The translations under genes and the position numbers were made by a program. A stretch of 63,266 nt of DNA, the filler included, from Octopus bimaculoides (lineage: Eukaryota): the NCBI RefSeq assembly GCF_001194135.2. It is 10 parts of 7 records of this genome, joined end to end, with 100 filler letters (N's around TTAATTAATTAA, not from the genome) between each part and the next. Parts side by side here need not be neighbours in the genome. Positions count along the whole stretch, not along the records: positions 60,716 to 63,266 come from NC_068988.1; 9 more parts are not named here. One strand, given 5' to 3'. Below, piece by piece: positions 61,171-63,266 of this stretch. How positions within the stretch are numbered: the first letter of the stretch is position 1; every line of letters begins with the position of its first letter. The notes beneath the pieces were generated by a model. That model saw nothing but the letters and a program-made list of their open reading frames with translations. It did no database searches and had not been told where the DNA came from.

Positions 61171-62121
61171 GCACACGCACACGCACACACACACACATGT
61201 ATATACGTATTTATGTATGTGTGTGTATAATATACCTATAATTCACTGATTTCTATAGTTATCTAGTGTTTTTCGCTTTTGTATTTATTGCATTTTTCTC
61301 TCTGTGTGTATGTGTATGTGTGTGTGAGTGTGAATGTATTGTGTGCGCGCGTGAGTGTGTGTTTGTATTTGTGTATGTATGTATGTATGTATGTATGTAT
61401 GTATATATGTGTATATATATATATATATATATNNNNNNNNNNNNNNNNNNNNNNNNNNNNNNNNNNNNNNNNNNNNNNNNNNNNNNNNNNNNNNNNNNNN
61501 NNNNNNNNNNNNNNNNNNNNNNNNNNNNNNNNNNNNNNNNNNNNNNNNNNNNNNNNNNNNNNNNNNNNNNNNNNNNNNNNNNNNNNNNNNNNNNNNNNNN
61601 NNNNNNNNNNNNNNNNNNNNNNNNNNNNNNNNNNNNNNNNNNNNNNNNNNNNNNNNNNNNNNNNNNNNNNNNNNNNNNNNNNNNNNNNNNNNNNNNNNNN
61701 NNNNNNNNNNNNNNNNNNNNNNNNNNNNNNNNNNNNNNNNNNNNNNNNNNNNNNNNNNNNNNNNNNNNNNNNNNNNNNNNNNNNNNNNNNNNNNNNNNNN
61801 NNNNNNNNNNNNNNNNNNNNNNNNNNNNNNNNNNNNNNNNNNNNNNNNNNNNNNNNNNNNNNNNNNNNNNNNNNNNNNNNNNNNNNNNNNNNNNNNNNNN
61901 NNNNNNNNNNNNNNNNNNNNNNNNNNNNNNNNNNNNNNNNNNNNNNNNNNNNNNNNNNNNNNNNNNNNNNNNNNNNNNNNNNNNNNNNNNNNNNNNNNNN
62001 NNNNNNNNNNNNNNNNNNNNNNNNNNNNNNNNNNNNNNNNNNNNNNNNNNNNNNNNNNNNNNNNNNNNNNNNNNNNNNNNNNNNNNNNNNNNNNNNNNNN
62101 NNNNNNNNNNNNNNNNNNNNN

Positions 62122-62185
<64 letters not shown>

Positions 62186-62825
62186 TGCGGGGAGAGAGCG
62201 AGAATGAGCAATAATTTGCAAGAAACTTCAAAATTTAATTTTTTTTTAAAGCGCGCATCAAAAAAAATATATAAACATAAATAAAACCGAAACAAAATAG
62301 AAACGACCGCCTCCGCCCACTTCCCAGTCAGGTTTGGAAGGTCAAGAGCAGGGAATTAAAAATACAAACAACTTTTTCCATGCTTATGATATTGCTGTTC
62401 TTTTTAGATGTCGTTTTAATGTTAAAGGTAATATTCTTGATGACCGGACAATGAATAGCTAGGTTTGCTAGGTGCTGTATTGTAAGTTCTTCCTTGCGCC
62501 CCTCATTACTCCGCTAGTCCTATCCCATATTTCATTCACAACGGGACCGAGTTCGTTTTTCATCCTATTCATGGTAGGAATGAAAATACTAATTTCCAGT
62601 TGTTATTGCTATTGTTTGGCAACAGGCCAGGCCGTACTGAGCAGAATTGTAATTATCCAAGGAGTACCAACCGTGACTTTGTGCACTTTCTTTCTTTCTT
62701 TCTTTCTTTCCATATCAGAAACTTAGTTGTTGGACAAACGCAACCATACGTACGCAAATACAAACATACATACATACATACATACACACATATACATACA
62801 TATATATACATACATACATACATAA

Positions 62826-62990
62826 AATGTAGATTATGTCATATATCTGTGGAAGACATCACACGTGATAAGCAGTTACCCCAAAATATCAGCAAGGTAT
62901 TACCTCCCTATACGCGACGACGTTGTCGTTAAGGCAATATACAATGTCATTCGGAGAAAAAGAAAAAGATTGTCCTGGAAATATACAGAG
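62826..62990 (+). mobile_element. R4/Dong-like CCHC finger fragment
   Basis: With a frameshift it reads CRLCHISVEDIT-VISSYPKISARYYLPIRDDVVVKAIYN, the same subfamily as 47.7 kb. Confidence 0.75.
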
Positions 62991-63014
62991 AATCCCCTTG
63001 TTACTGAATGCATG

Positions 63015-63232
63015 CACAACTTTCTCTCACTCTTACTTCCTGTTTCTGTTGTGCCTGCAATTCAAAGGGTCAGCCTTGTCGCACTGTGTCACGCTGAATC
63101 TCCCCGAGAACTACGTTAAGGGTACACGTGTCTGTGGAGTGCTCAGCCACTTGCACGTTAATTTCACGAGCAGGCTGTTCCCTTGATCGGATCAACTGGG
63201 ACCCTCGACGTCGTAAGCGACGGAGTGCCAAC
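63015..63232 (+). mobile_element. SINE family D, 3' part
   Basis: Reverse complement of 33133-33330 (CTCAGCCACTTGCACGTTAATTTCACGAGCAGGCTGTTCC). Confidence 0.88.
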
Positions 63233-63266
63233 AATCTCTCACCAGATGGAGTACTTTTTTGATGAT

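Overview
AT-rich, microsatellite-dense, gappy eukaryotic DNA. The SINE/LINE repertoire and the N44-TTAATTAATTAA-N44 gap spacers point to an octopus draft assembly (inference). Most listed ORFs are microsatellite or N-gap artefacts. Real content: (1) a minus-strand spliced host gene (exons 55581-55533, 49688-49432, 46452-46359, plus weaker downstream candidates) encoding a signal peptide and a divergent PLAT/LH2-like domain; (2) Penelope-like element (PLE) remnants at 29-31 kb (GIY-YIG) and 57.9-58.9 kb (RT + GIY-YIG); (3) at least five unrelated minimal hammerhead-ribozyme motif families, including one whose four copies all carry a U3-A8 pair in place of C3-G8, often arranged as head-to-head inverted pairs, with the 29 and 60 kb pairs inside (TAA)n tracts; (4) R4/Dong-like, RTE and Tx1/L1-like LINE fragments, many tRNA-derived SINEs, mariner and hAT MITEs, a tandemly duplicated hAT remnant, head-to-tail Helitron ends and a 57-bp minisatellite. 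All alignments and folds were done by eye. Repeat boundaries are approximate (about 10-30 bp), and SINE family labels A-E are mine.
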